DNA of 34,163 nucleotides from a virus (Duplodnaviria; Heunggongvirae; Uroviricota; Caudoviricetes): IMG/VR virus record IMGVR_UViG_3300025288_001461; one strand, 5' to 3'. Shown piece by piece: positions 33,537 to 34,163 of this stretch (position 1 is its first letter; each line of letters starts with the position of its first letter). The notes under the pieces were generated by a model. It saw only the letters and a program-made list of their open reading frames with translations, ran no database searches and was not told where the DNA came from. The position numbers and the translations under genes were made by a program.

Positions 33537-34163
33537 ATGAATCAAGAAGAATTAAATAAAGAGTTTACGATTGCTTGTTCTGAACAGAATTTAGATAAAA
33601 TTAAAAATCTTAGTCAAGAATATCCTTTTACAACAGAAAAGAGAAGTTTTTTTGAAAAAATTTTTAAAAGTGCTAAGCCAATGTTAAATGTTCACAATGA
33701 CAAAAGTAGTGGATATTTAGAATTGTGTAAAAGGGGAAGTGTTGATTGTTTAGAATATATTGTTAACCATCTTTCATTTTTATATCAGCCACATCAAATT
33801 AAAGGTGTCTATGTTCCTGAAACATTAAGGTCTATATCTCTTGGGTTATCTAGGGCAGTTGAAGACAAACATTTTAATTGCATAGATGTACTTATGCCAT
33901 TTGCAAAAAAATATTCAGGAATTGATCTATCAATCTATTTCCTATTTACTAATGCGTGTAGAGATGGAGATATTTCAATCATTAATGCTCTCGTAAATAA
34001 TAAATTTATTGAGCCAAAAATAAATTATTATCAAAATACAAAATATGATGAATTTCATCCTGCTAATGAAGGATTTGTTAATGCATGTGAAAGTGTTCAT
34101 CTAGATATAGTAGAATATTTAACAAAATCTACAGACTTAAAAGAAAAAGTCTATGTTATTTAA
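33537..34163 (+). CDS. Ankyrin-repeat-like protein
   Basis: Repeats such as FTIACSEQNLDKIKNL, GLSRAVEDKHFNCIDVL, FTNACRDGDISIINAL and FVNACESVHLDIVEYL. The TAA falls exactly at the window end. Confidence 0.7.
   Translation: MNQEELNKEFTIACSEQNLDKIKNLSQEYPFTTEKRSFFEKIFKSAKPMLNVHNDKSSGYLELCKRGSVDCLEYIVNHLSFLYQPHQIKGVYVPETLRSISLGLSRAVEDKHFNCIDVLMPFAKKYSGIDLSIYFLFTNACRDGDISIINALVNNKFIEPKINYYQNTKYDEFHPANEGFVNACESVHLDIVEYLTKSTDLKEKVYVI

Noticed and set aside
1-34163. CRISPR array, tRNA, rRNA, IS transposase, integrase or phage structural genes
   Set aside because: No regularly spaced repeats, cloverleaf-compatible T-loop/acceptor patterns or recognisable protein motifs were found by eye. A dedicated scan was not run.

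Overview
Very AT-rich window (about a quarter G+C by eye, not computed) read in the standard code, with sigma70-type promoters. It has three parts. (1) About 1-13.4 kb is a phage/plasmid-like accessory region of mostly single-gene units: KptA/Tpt1 RNA 2'-phosphotransferase, a DUF1631-like protein, a decayed Rnl2-type RNA ligase, an HExxH metallopeptidase-like frame split by a TGA, two DUF4326 paralogs, a broken beta-class N4C/N6A DNA methyltransferase, a NadR-type P-loop protein, a degenerate HAD and a stand-alone ART-fold protein. (2) About 13.6-20.4 kb on the minus strand holds a YdgA/DUF945-like protein, an ankyrin-like protein, a divergent SecA lacking the zinc tail, and an upstream leader ORF whose stop codon lies in a hairpin that buries the secA Shine-Dalgarno, as in secM-secA. 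(3) About 20.6-32.3 kb is an intact Ter stress-response locus (TerD-vWA, ATP-grasp, two PRTases, HAD, C-C lyase, TerC/DUF475, TerD, XpaC-like, FmdB ribbon, AIM24, TelA-like, TerZ-like), followed by a zinc-knuckle gene, an AAA_33 kinase and an ankyrin-repeat protein. Best leads: the SecM-like control of the accessory secA, a recurring basic C-terminal tail (K-hydrophobic-K-x-stop) on many unrelated accessory proteins, and gene decay confined to the small accessory genes. No tRNA, rRNA, CRISPR array or transposase was recognised. All family assignments come from motif recognition by eye, not database searches. The replicon type (giant plasmid, jumbo phage or symbiont chromosome) cannot be decided from this window.
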